This document shows, piece by piece, positions 10,983 to 21,501 of a stretch of DNA of 54,577 bases (the stretch's first letter is position 1; every line of letters starts with the position of its first letter). Source of the stretch: Sanchytrium tribonematis (Eukaryota); assembly GCA_018985235.1 (NCBI GenBank), contig JADGIG010000011.1, positions 1-54,577 of the forward strand, read 5' to 3'. The notes beneath the pieces were generated by a model. That model was given only the letters and a program-made list of their open reading frames with translations, ran no database searches and was not told the origin of the DNA. The translations under genes were made by a program, and so were the position numbers.

Positions 10983-11377
10983 TTGTTTGGCCAGCGGTTA
11001 CCTCTCAGAAATCCTTTATAAATCTTGGCCAATCAAAGTAGCAGCCAGGTCTTTTGTATCCTGCGTTTCTCTATTTGAATAGACTCACTCTCTTTTGAAA
11101 CTCTCATGGCTATTCAACCGACTCGAGATCCAGATAAACAGCGTGAAGCCTATTATACTTTGAAGAAAGTAAGTTCCATATTGAATAGCAATTTTTAATT
11201 TAATAAATAGAAAAATACCGAAATTTATTTCTAGTAATAACTTGATCAATAGTTTTGCACATGAAATTTTACGTGGCAACTCGAGTTTGGCATTGTTAAA
11301 CCCATAGTTGATTTTTTCGTAAACCATAGAAGTCAAATGTGGCGAAAAATCATACTATATAAGTTTACCCACATTTA

Positions 11378-12466
11378 ATGTTCAATATGTTATTTACTCT
11401 TATCTCAGCAGTTGACTATTTGGTCCAATACCACCCTGAAGCTAATGTGCAAGCAGATATTGTTATCGGAGACTTCAAGGCTAGTTTGAAATCAATTTCT
11501 CCTGACCAAAAATTAAGAATGCTCAAAGATTCTAGAGTTAAAAGAATCGAACAAAACGGCAAAGTCAAAGCAAGTGGTGTACAGAAAGGTGCAACTTGGG
11601 GTATCGATAGAATTGATAGCCGAACTGGAATCGACCAAACCTACAATTATGTAGACTCTGCTGGCAGTGGCGTTACCGCATATGTCGTAGATACCGGAAT
11701 CTACACAGCACACCCTGAATTTGAAGGAAGAGCAACATTCGGATTTGATTCTACTGGTGAAGGTAAATTTGACGGAAATGGACACGGAACCCATGTGTCT
11801 GGAACTATTGGCGGCAAAACCTACGGTGTTGCTAAGAATGTCCAATTAATTGCAGTCAGAGTTTTGGATACTGAGGGAAGTGGTACTTATGAAGGTGTCA
11901 TTCAAGGAATTGAATGGGTTGTAAAAGATGCTGTTGCTAACAATAGAACAAAGACATCTGTCGCAAATATGTCACTCGGTGGCGGTTATTCTAAAATTAT
12001 CAATGATGCTGTTAAAGCAGCTGTAGATGCTGGTGTTATTTTTGTTGTTGCTGCAGGAAATGAGTCTGATGATGCTTGTAATTCAAGTCCAAGTTCAGAG
12101 CCAAGTGCAATCACTGTCGGGGCTACCAATGTAAATGATGAGGTATCATATTTCAGTAATTATGGTAAATGTGTAGATATCAATGCACCTGGTGAGGACA
12201 TCACTTCCTCTTGGAATGATGGTAAAACCGAAACTATCAGTGGAACATCGATGGCCACCCCACATGTTGTTGGTGTCGTTGCTTTGTATTTGGGTGAAAA
12301 AGTCGAAAATGTAGCTTCCGTTCTTCAAAAGGCTGCAACCAAGGGAAAATTGACAAAACTTGGTAGTGGTACTCAGAATTTGCTTCTTTTTAATTCACCA
12401 GAGGTACCAGCTTGTGAAAAGAAATGGTACTGCTTTGTTCCTCAACTTCCTGGTTGTGACTGTTAG
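11378..12466 (+). CDS. Subtilisin-like protease (S8, proteinase K type) with I9 propeptide
   Basis: Triad motifs YVVDTG, HGTHVSGT, SGTSMATPHVVG; also WGIDRID, ANMSLGG, VAAGN. Confidence 0.95.
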   Translation: MFNMLFTLISAVDYLVQYHPEANVQADIVIGDFKASLKSISPDQKLRMLKDSRVKRIEQNGKVKASGVQKGATWGIDRIDSRTGIDQTYNYVDSAGSGVTAYVVDTGIYTAHPEFEGRATFGFDSTGEGKFDGNGHGTHVSGTIGGKTYGVAKNVQLIAVRVLDTEGSGTYEGVIQGIEWVVKDAVANNRTKTSVANMSLGGGYSKIINDAVKAAVDAGVIFVVAAGNESDDACNSSPSSEPSAITVGATNVNDEVSYFSNYGKCVDINAPGEDITSSWNDGKTETISGTSMATPHVVGVVALYLGEKVENVASVLQKAATKGKLTKLGSGTQNLLLFNSPEVPACEKKWYCFVPQLPGCDC

Positions 12467-12612
12467 AGAATAAATAGATTTTATAGACAAGATAGCAGTT
12501 TTCCAAACGTTTCAATAATTGAAATAATACTTTTCGATAAAAATCAAAGATTTCTCAAAGTCCGATTTGATTTATCTTGCGATAATAATTTAAGCCACTT
12601 GAATTACTTGTC

Positions 12613-13479
12613 ATGAAAAAACAAGAATTAATTGGTGACTACCAACTAGTTAAGAAAATCTTCTCGGGAAAGACTAAAGATCCCATTACGTGTCAAAACT
12701 GGTTTCTATTTGTTGAGACTACCTTTACCACTGAAAATAGTCTTTGTTATGTGGAAATTTGTAAATTTACCGAAATCTATCACAGAGAATGTCAAAAAAT
12801 CAAATTGAACTCTCAAATCACAGAGGAAATCCTTGTAGTAGGGCCAGTCCCAGGTATGCAAGATTTCAACTGCGATATTAAAAGCGAGGACGAACTTAAG
12901 CAATGGGCCGAGACCATATGTTCTAAAATTATCAATAAGTTTGTAAAAACCGGAGCTGAAATGGAAATCAATATCAGCTCAAAAGCAAGAGAGGAATGTT
13001 TGGCTCAGATCAAGGCTGGACGATTTCACCCTTTGAATTTTGTTGACATTCAGAAAAGTGTTCTTGATGATATTGTTGGAAATGATTTGACCAAATTTAA
13101 GCAATTTGCTTTGGATCAGAATATACAAATTCAGCATCGTCGCTGGAGATTGGTAGGTGCCTTAGTTTTCCTTATGTTCAGTGGTGTGTTTTATGGGTTT
13201 GTCATGGGATTTCAGGTTGAGCAATACTATCGATTGTTGGGTCTTCCACTTCTCTATGAATTTGTCATATTTTATTTTCAATGGAAAATGAAATTCTGTG
13301 TCGTCTTTGCAGCCAAGAAAAAGATAAATACAAACGGATACCAGGGAGTTCCAGTTGAAGACGAGTATGTATGTGAATATCAGGCCCAAAGAGCCAAGAA
13401 AATCAGAAAAAAGTCAATGTTAATTGCTTTGATTTTGTATATCATTCTCTTTGTAGTACCACCATTTAAATGGCAATAA
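12613..13479 (+). CDS. RGS-domain protein with three C-terminal TM helices (Rax1-like architecture)
   Basis: RGS signatures ENSLCYVEI and FVKTGAEMEINISS, then three hydrophobic segments. Confidence 0.7.
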   Translation: MKKQELIGDYQLVKKIFSGKTKDPITCQNWFLFVETTFTTENSLCYVEICKFTEIYHRECQKIKLNSQITEEILVVGPVPGMQDFNCDIKSEDELKQWAETICSKIINKFVKTGAEMEINISSKAREECLAQIKAGRFHPLNFVDIQKSVLDDIVGNDLTKFKQFALDQNIQIQHRRWRLVGALVFLMFSGVFYGFVMGFQVEQYYRLLGLPLLYEFVIFYFQWKMKFCVVFAAKKKINTNGYQGVPVEDEYVCEYQAQRAKKIRKKSMLIALILYIILFVVPPFKWQ

Positions 13480-13582
13480 ATATTGACATAAACATTCATT
13501 TTCAACATTCTAATCTACGACCTAGCTCGATTTACGGCAAATGTATAGAAAAATATATTTTTTTTGAAACAAATTTCATTGA

Positions 13583-14829
13583 ATGAGTACGAGTCCTTCT
13601 ACATCAGCTCCTGCAATTGGTCTTTCAAACCTACCAAATCAATTGCACAAAACATCAATGAAAAGAGGCTTTGATTTCACTTTAATGATCGTAGGTGAGA
13701 GTGGGCTTGGAAAATCCACTTTGACAAATACTCTGTTTAACAGCATTTTATATCCACTTAAGGAGCCACAACCACTTACTAAGCTAACTCCAAAAACAAT
13801 ACAGCCACAAGTATTAACGGGAGTACTTAGCGAGAAAAATGTCCAACTCAGACTTAACATTATAGATACTCCTGGCTTCGGAGACTATATTAATAATGAA
13901 GAATGTACCCGTCCGTTAATTGAAACAATTGATGGCAGATTTGACCACTATTTGGAACAAGAAATGAAGCCAACCAGGAACAAGGTTGCTGACACCAGAA
14001 TTCATGCGTGCATCTATTTTATTCCCCCAACTGGGCATTCTTTAAGACCCATTGACATAGATTGTATGAAGCAGCTTCACGAAAAAGTCAATTTAGTTCC
14101 TGTTGTTGCAAAGAGTGACATTTTGACAAAAGAAGAATTGCAAGGATTTAAAGCTAGAATTCTCGATGATATTACTAGTAATGGTATTAAGGTTTTTCAA
14201 CCTACAACCTATGATTTTGACGATGAGCAGACAAAAGGTGAAAATTTAAATATTTTGAAAGCTATTCCATTCGCAGTTATTGGAAGCAACCAAGTTATTA
14301 AAAAAGATGGAAAAGAAGTAAGAGGACGTCAATATCCTTGGGGATCAATTGAAGTTGAAAATCCAGAACATTCAGACTTTCATTTGCTTAGAAGTTTGCT
14401 TATAAAAACTCACTTGGAAGAACTTCGAAGTCACACAAATGATGTTTTATATGAAACTTACAGAACACAAAAATTGCTCGCCCTAGGAAAAGAGCAAGAG
14501 TATGTGCCTAAAGATATCAAGTAACTTTTTATTTATCTAGCCCTCTTGTCAGTTTAGAAGAGCAACGTCATCAGCATGAAGCACGACTTGCTAAAATGGA
14601 GAATGACATGAAGCTTGTATTTCAACAAAAAGTCCAAGAAAAAGAAAGTAAACTTAAACAATCAGAAGATGAATTATATGCACGTCACAAAGAAATGAGA
14701 GAAGCGTTGGAAAGACAAAGACAGCAATTGGAAGCCGACAAAAAGAAACTAGAGCAGCAACTAGTTAGCAGTGGTGGAGCCCCAAAAGATGACAAAAGCG
14801 GTAAGAAGAAGGGATTCAGAGGCTTGTAA
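13583..14829 (+). CDS. CDC3: Septin, Cdc3/SEPT7-like; exons 13583-14520 and 14541-14829
   Basis: GESGLGKST, DTPGFGD, HACIYFI, AKSD, GRQYPWG, EVEN. Splicing a 20-nt GT-AG intron joins the GTPase domain in frame to the coiled coil (KDINPLVSLEEQRHQHEARLAKMENDMKLVFQQKVQEKE). Confidence 0.9.
14521..14540 (+). other. Predicted 20-nt spliceosomal intron (gtaactttttatttatctag)
   Basis: GT..AG, contains the in-frame TAA, and removal restores the frame. An alternative donor at 14500 (41 nt) is also in frame. Confidence 0.7.
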
Positions 14830-14991
14830 TAAATCAATCTTGTGACTTGACAAAGCATCAAGGCTGATTTCTGCATGCTAAAAGGCAAAACATGCAGGTC
14901 TGATTATAATCTGAAAAGTAACTATCGAACTGCTAAATAAAATTGAGAGCAAAACAATTAGGAGATCAAAAATTATGAACCCCCGAAACAA

Positions 14992-16435
14992 ATGTCTCAG
15001 TCATTAGAATCCCTAGTCACACGCCTTGAAAAAGTAACAGAAAGATTAGAAAAGACAGCCAACAATTCCGGATCAAGTGCACCTCAAAATGCTCCTCAAA
15101 CATCCGTCGGGGGATCATCCCAAATGGTAGATCAATTTGAAAAGATCTCAAACCAAATGACAGGAGAATCCCTTAAATTTGCCAACGCATTAGCTGATGA
15201 GCATCTCACCCGCACAATTCAGATCTTTCAGAGTGCATCCCAGTATACCATCAACTTGTTGAATGCTACATTGAAGTTCTCTAAGCCTTCAGCACAAGCT
15301 TTTCCACAGTTATTAACCCCAATTACCCAATTTGCATCTGATTTACAATCTATCAAGTCTAACTACCCAAAGAAACAGCCTTTGTTTAATGTTGTTTGTG
15401 CATTTATTGAGGGATATAATGTTTTCGGATGGGTTTCAATTAGTCCAACACCAGTCCCATTCATCAATGAAATGAAAGATGCTATGTCATTTTATAGTAA
15501 CAGAGCATTTAAAGAATTTAAAGATAAGGATGAAACTGTAATTAATTTATTGCAAGGATTTAACACCTTTATTACCGAATTAGCCCAATTTGTAAAACAA
15601 TGGCACACCACTGGATTAGTTTGGAAAGGTTCCAAAGAAATGGGAGCTAAAGATATGGAAGAATTAAAATCCCATGCTCCATCTGCTAGCCAAAGTAGCA
15701 GTCAACCTAAATCTACAAATGTGCAACCAGCAGCTACTGCGCCAACACCAACTGTTGCACCATCTACCACCGGATTATTTAGTGAATTGAACAAAGGTGG
15801 TGCTATCACTAGTGGATTGAAGAAAGTTGAAAAATCACAAATGACACATAAAAATCCTGAACTCCGTGCTAGTGGAGTCGTAAAATCCAAGGAAGAGACT
15901 GGTCAGCCAACAAGTGCACCCCAAGTTTCTGCTAAGGCTGCAGTGAAACCACCAGTTTTTGAATTGCAAGGGTCAAAATGGGTTGTTGAACATCAAATGA
16001 ACAACAAAAACATTATTATTGAGAATAGCAATTTAAAACAAGTCGTTTACATCTTCAATTGCCACAATAGTATTATTCAAGTTAAAAACAAAGTCAATTC
16101 AGTCACTTTGGACAACTGCAACAAAACTTCTGTTGTTGTTGATTCTGTGGTCAGTACATTGGATACTGTCAATTGCAAATCAATTCAGCTTCAAGTAATG
16201 AAGAGTGCACCAACTGTATTCAATATTTATTTAGATTGCCATTAACAAGACCGATGGATGCTTGTTGTATTTGGGTGAAGACATGGATAGTGAAATATTC
16301 AGCAGTAAACATTCTGAAGTGAATATATGTTATACACACAAGGGTGAAGTTGTCGAAAAGGCTATGGTTGAAATGTTTAAAACTGTCGTAAAAGATGGTG
16401 GATTAGTAACTGTCCCAGTTGAGCATTCTGCTTAG
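14992..16435 (+). CDS. SRV2: Adenylyl cyclase-associated protein CAP/Srv2; exons 14992-16215 and 16235-16435
   Basis: N-terminal RLE repeats, HTTGLVW, ITSGLKKVEKSQMTHKNPELR, CARP domain. After splicing the C-terminus reads SAPTIAINKTDGCLLYL...EIFSSKHSEVNI...EMFKTVVKDGGLVTVPVEHSA*. Confidence 0.93.
16216..16234 (+). other. Predicted 19-nt spliceosomal intron (gtattcaatatttatttag)
   Basis: GT..AG. Removal restores the conserved CAP PTIxIxKTDGC motif with no extra or missing residues. Confidence 0.85.
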
Positions 16436-16689
16436 AAAATAAATCGGTGACTTTTTGAAATTATTGATTCTTATTCGATTCCCACTTGAATTACAAATTT
16501 TTTTTAAAAAATAGTCCTCAAATTTTTGACACAAATTGTTTGAATTGAGGTGTTGCAAAAATTACAAAAGAGAAAAGGAAGCCTTTATCGAATTAATTAT
16601 AAGTCAGAAATTATAAATTTAGCTATAAGGCAATCTCGATGATGCACGATAATCCAATTTAGTCATCGCGAAAAGTCAAGCCACGACCA

Positions 16690-17562
16690 ATGAAAGAGTC
16701 GGAAAACCACTATATAAACCAGAGCGACCCGTCTTCCAAAATGCGACCCAAAATAGCACTTTACTCTACTTTAATAATGTTGGTAAAAAGCCAAAGCAAA
16801 ATTGATAAATTGCAAACCCTAGCACCACAAAAAGACTTTGAGAGGCAATGTGAAGAGTTGGAAGCAAAATACATCCTCCTTGCCTACAAGAAGACCATGG
16901 CTGGCCTTAATGACTTTGTGGACGAGTATATGGAAGCAAAATATAGAAACCCTTTTTTAGTGGAGGTCCCAGAAACTTTTGACGAGATTGTGAGTCAATC
17001 CAATGAAGTCGAGGAAGCAAATAAGCCTCTTGAAAGTGCAAGGTCTACCTCCTTTCAATTCAGTTTTCACAAATTGTTCAATACTATGAAAGCCAAAGCA
17101 GTCACACTGATGAAGAAGAAGGACTCAAAAGAGTGCTCACCTGTTTGTAGCCAAGAATTAAAGCATTCTAATAGCTCGTTACTATCCAAAATTAATTTTA
17201 AATTGTTCAATAGAAGAAACTCTGCAAATGCAACCAAAGTTTGTAGCGCGGAAATGCAAACCGAGGACATTGCAGAAGCAGTAAAAGTAGCACCTAAAGT
17301 TCTTGTTTGTTGTGCTGAGATGCAAACTGAGAATCTGAGTGAACCAAGCCAGCCTACTCTTCTTTTGAACACCTTGCGTACACCTGAGGCCCAATTGTTG
17401 CCACCACCACCGCCACCACCACCCCCAATCTTTCAGACTTCGGTGCCAAAGTTTGTGGTTGTGAAAAGAGAAAAACTGGGAATTATCCCAGGAAAGACCG
17501 ACGAACATGACAATCTTGTCGAAGAACTTAAAAATTATTTAAAATCAAGATATGTGGAATGA
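16690..17562 (+). CDS. Orphan protein with an internal duplication, polyproline tract and C-terminal amphipathic helix
   Basis: Repeats FHKLFN/FKLFN and VCSAEMQTE/CCAEMQTE, a P-rich run, and terminal HDNLVEELKNYLKSR. The true start may be a downstream ATG (16741 or 16777). Confidence 0.6.
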   Translation: MKESENHYINQSDPSSKMRPKIALYSTLIMLVKSQSKIDKLQTLAPQKDFERQCEELEAKYILLAYKKTMAGLNDFVDEYMEAKYRNPFLVEVPETFDEIVSQSNEVEEANKPLESARSTSFQFSFHKLFNTMKAKAVTLMKKKDSKECSPVCSQELKHSNSSLLSKINFKLFNRRNSANATKVCSAEMQTEDIAEAVKVAPKVLVCCAEMQTENLSEPSQPTLLLNTLRTPEAQLLPPPPPPPPPIFQTSVPKFVVVKREKLGIIPGKTDEHDNLVEELKNYLKSRYVE

Positions 17563-17840
17563 TCGTAAAATAAATCTTTTTTCTCGATGATTTTTGTTTT
17601 ATAAGAAAATAAAAGCAGATAATTTGTTGGATGCTTTTCAAAAGTCATTGTATAATTCAGCTGGCAGAACTTAGTTCTCCGCGATACAAACGATGGAAAT
17701 TTAAATTCAAGCTCGATCAATTTCAAATCTCACTAAGCGGTAAAATTTTCGAACAGACTTTATTTGGGGCTGACAAGTTACTGGGCCAATCAAAAATTTG
17801 AAATGTGGACAGACATCTACTTCAATAAGCCACTTTTGAA

Positions 17841-18668
17841 ATGTCTTCATATAAGGGTGTCGATGCTGGTTTTTATATAGCTTTTGGAGCGTCAATTTGT
17901 GCCAATCTACAAGGTCTTGTTCTTTCTCCAGCACTTTTACAAAGATCATGGAAAAGAAATCTTCCAGTTGTTTTCTCCAATATATGCTTCATCATCAGTA
18001 ATTGGGTGGCATTTTACGAAAACACTATGGAATGCAGTACTTCTGTCTATGTGTCGGAATTGTTTATGGTACTTGGGTCATTATTTGAAGTATTAGCTCC
18101 ATTAACACGTGCCTATCCATTGTTTAGCGACAAGGTCAAAAAAATGATGTTGGCTTTGATCTTTTCGGTGACTGTGGCTGAATTCACTTCACTGGTTTCA
18201 TTGAATTACGACTGCGAGGGAGAAGAGACACAATTTCCAAATATTTTGGTTAATATGCCAAGCGAAGTTATTTCTCACATTTTGGGAGTTGCAATCTACT
18301 TTCTGGCATTTTCAAAAATCATTGCTTTGGTAAATAGTAGCTCTTTCTCGAAAGAAAATGGAAGAATGCAACTTTTGAAATCTATCAGTTTGTGGAGTAT
18401 GTATGCCGTCATTGGAATTAAAGTTGGCACTCTCATTGGCTTTTTATTCGATGGTGACAGTGATAATGAAGTAGAAATGGCAATGAAGTCTAATCTGGTG
18501 ATGGTGTTGATAGTTTCTCAACTTACACTAGAATTAGCAAATAAGGCTGCTGGAAAACCCGGAAATAGCCAAGACAAATCTGATAAAGGAGTCTCTGCTG
18601 AGCAGTCAGATAAAACCACAAAGAAAGAAGTGGCAAAGTGGGGAATCATGGAAAAGGAAACAGCCTGA
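17841..18668 (+). CDS. Multi-pass (about 7 TM) membrane protein, GPCR-like topology
   Basis: About seven hydrophobic segments, cysteines in putative extracellular loops, and a polar C-terminal tail. Confidence 0.55.
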   Translation: MSSYKGVDAGFYIAFGASICANLQGLVLSPALLQRSWKRNLPVVFSNICFIISNWVAFYENTMECSTSVYVSELFMVLGSLFEVLAPLTRAYPLFSDKVKKMMLALIFSVTVAEFTSLVSLNYDCEGEETQFPNILVNMPSEVISHILGVAIYFLAFSKIIALVNSSSFSKENGRMQLLKSISLWSMYAVIGIKVGTLIGFLFDGDSDNEVEMAMKSNLVMVLIVSQLTLELANKAAGKPGNSQDKSDKGVSAEQSDKTTKKEVAKWGIMEKETA

Positions 18669-19038
18669 TTCAATAAATATATAAACTATAAACATTCTGT
18701 ATATTTAGTCACATGTACGTGAAAGCTGCTTATGGGATTTTTTTCGTCTGAAATAAAGTGGTTGCATTTCTAGATTCTTTTTTGGTATTTCAAATTTTCA
18801 ATGATAATTGCTCTCGTGAAATGAACAAAAATAAGCCAAGATGTACAAGGTCTTGATGCAATTTTGTCCAAAAGACCACAAATATCATTGTCGCCGTTTG
18901 TAATACCCAAAAATCAGCGTGTGAAATATAAACTGAGCTGTTGTACAACATACATGAAAACGATCCAATCATAATTATTGTTGATGACCCCCTCAAATTA
19001 TTTAACCCCGCGAGGTCCACTTCCAGTTGCTATTCGTA

Positions 19039-21417
19039 ATGTACCTGCTACTCATTAATTTAAACGCTCTGCTCTCACTGACGGTGGCCCCTTTAGAATT
19101 TCAAACTCAAAACGGGACAAAACAGCCCATCTATTCTGTGAGATTAACTGGATTCAACCCGAATGACATTGTTCAGTTGTCCGCTAATATTGATACGTCA
19201 GTTTGCCAGTCAAGTTGCTCGGATTTAAATACATCCACACCACAGTCTATTAATCCGATAAATAACATTTTGTCATTCTACACTCCCATTATATCACAAT
19301 ATTTAATATTCCACTTATACTATAATGCCAATGGCACCAATGCGACAAGAGTTTATGAGATCCATCCATTTGGAACCTCATTATCAATGATGCAGCAATC
19401 TGCAGAAATCCCATCCACTTTGAAACCCATTCTATTGAATTTGAATCAATTTCACAAACACACAAATCACATCCATAAGAGAGATCAGCAAACAAAGTAT
19501 GATCCAAACATTAATTCCATTGATCATCATCCAAATAATTTTCAATCCACTCTTTTTAGGGTGAAAAATGCGACCGATATCCCTAATTCTGCTCATCAAA
19601 ATGGACTATCAAGAGCATTCCATGCAATGGTACATTTTATTTCGAAAATTGGACATACATTCATTGGATTTATCAAATCTATTGTACTTTTGTTTAATTG
19701 GCAAATGTACACAAATATTATTCATTTTCAACTATATTATATTCAAGGTGCGTTTGAAACAATGTGGGTCCAAGCACCAGTTGCACAAACCCAATTTAGC
19801 AGCTTTTTGGATAAGTTGAAATACAATAATTCTAATTCAATCAATAATGCGCCAAATTTCACACAAATCAAAGAGACCCACATTACCGAGAATGTTGAAT
19901 TAGATGGGCCCAAAAATGATCCAAGAGCATTGTTTGTAAACGACCACGTCATTAATCACGTGAATGTGTCCTCGAAATTATCCAATTTATTTCACCATCC
20001 TTTAAATATGATCAAGAGTCTGTTTTCGAATGGGAATGTAGATGTCTTGAATTCACCTGTGGAATCCACCTTGAAGTTCAAATCTCTGTCTCTTTTACAA
20101 TCTGTGTCAAATTCTACTTTTCCGCTGATGAAAAGTTTTCATGAATCTATGATGGATATTCTACGAATGCCACTTGGCGACCTTCCAATTTTAAATATCT
20201 TCAGAAATATATTTGGCTCCAAAAGATCGCAGCCAATAATTGCTGATCATTATTCAAATCCCTTGCAAGTGAATCTGTTAAACATTCTACTGTTATTTGG
20301 GGCTATTCAGTCTCAAGTACTCTATGCGGGGATTTACCATGCACCCATGATAACAAAAGAAGATTTAAAAGCAATTTATAAATCACCCACTATTCATCAT
20401 ATGCCCCACACTTGGCTACATGGTCTTGGAGAAGGGACTGTTACCGAAATGATTCACAGAGAATACAGAATCAAATGCATCGTGGACTGGATACCCAAGC
20501 ACTCCGTTTTAACTATGTTAGAACTGTCTGGATTTCAGTTAATAATCACACCTATGTATATAACGTCAAGCATGTTCAGCCAAATTACTAGTCAAATATT
20601 ATATGTTTTGGAAACTTTTTTAATTATTCCATTTGCGTATCCACTTGATTTCTTGCAATGGAAATCTTCACAAAAATTGCCGTTCAACACTATGGCCGCA
20701 ATTTACGGAAATATCTACCCTCCGTATTACACCATGTGGTATTTATGGCATTTGACTTGTATATGGCATATGACTCGTCCTTTATTCTTTATTGCTGAAA
20801 ACGTGTTGAATGCGCGTGCTTTGTCGAATGGGTTGGCAAACCAAATTAGTAGAATTGTACCAAGCAATATTTTAAAATCTTTTACATCGATGTTTGTCAA
20901 ATCTGCTGGTTCATTATTGTCTATGAATACATTTCACAAAGTCAAGGGCGTTTTAATGGCAATACCTCAAATTTGGTGTGTTCATGAAATGACGCATGAT
21001 TTATACGCTGCTATAGACATCAATAACCCAGTGCATCGTGCGCATTACACTTTCAACGCATTTGCGTGGTGGATGGACACATTGAGCATGCTAATGGGGA
21101 TGGTTGGAAATGAATTGCGAATGATTTTACCACTTATTGGAAGCGGCATGAGTCGCTTAAAGACTGTTGGCCAGAGCATTAAAGGATTTAATAACAAGTT
21201 GGAAAGTGTCATCAATTTATTTGCTACGGGTAGATTCTTAGATTTGGCTGAAATTACAGTTGTAGCTCTAATGATTGGCGGTTATTTTGTGCGAACCACT
21301 TTCATGATGCTGAACGGAATACCGGGTGTATTTGTTTATTATGATAGCGAGTACGTGGATGAAATTAAGTCAAACAAAAAAATAGATTTACCGGAACTGA
21401 ATTACATTAAAAAATAA
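19039..21417 (+). CDS. Large hypothetical secreted/membrane-associated protein
   Basis: About 790-aa ORF with a short hydrophobic N-terminus from ATG 19039 and amphipathic/hydrophobic helices in the C-terminal half. Confidence 0.65.
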   Translation: MYLLLINLNALLSLTVAPLEFQTQNGTKQPIYSVRLTGFNPNDIVQLSANIDTSVCQSSCSDLNTSTPQSINPINNILSFYTPIISQYLIFHLYYNANGTNATRVYEIHPFGTSLSMMQQSAEIPSTLKPILLNLNQFHKHTNHIHKRDQQTKYDPNINSIDHHPNNFQSTLFRVKNATDIPNSAHQNGLSRAFHAMVHFISKIGHTFIGFIKSIVLLFNWQMYTNIIHFQLYYIQGAFETMWVQAPVAQTQFSSFLDKLKYNNSNSINNAPNFTQIKETHITENVELDGPKNDPRALFVNDHVINHVNVSSKLSNLFHHPLNMIKSLFSNGNVDVLNSPVESTLKFKSLSLLQSVSNSTFPLMKSFHESMMDILRMPLGDLPILNIFRNIFGSKRSQPIIADHYSNPLQVNLLNILLLFGAIQSQVLYAGIYHAPMITKEDLKAIYKSPTIHHMPHTWLHGLGEGTVTEMIHREYRIKCIVDWIPKHSVLTMLELSGFQLIITPMYITSSMFSQITSQILYVLETFLIIPFAYPLDFLQWKSSQKLPFNTMAAIYGNIYPPYYTMWYLWHLTCIWHMTRPLFFIAENVLNARALSNGLANQISRIVPSNILKSFTSMFVKSAGSLLSMNTFHKVKGVLMAIPQIWCVHEMTHDLYAAIDINNPVHRAHYTFNAFAWWMDTLSMLMGMVGNELRMILPLIGSGMSRLKTVGQSIKGFNNKLESVINLFATGRFLDLAEITVVALMIGGYFVRTTFMMLNGIPGVFVYYDSEYVDEIKSNKKIDLPELNYIKK

Positions 21418-21501
21418 ATTTTGTTTGGTATCAGGGTGATTTTATTCCAATTGCAAATGTATTTTGAGAGTTTTCAAATTATATAATTTCTATTTATTGT
21501 C

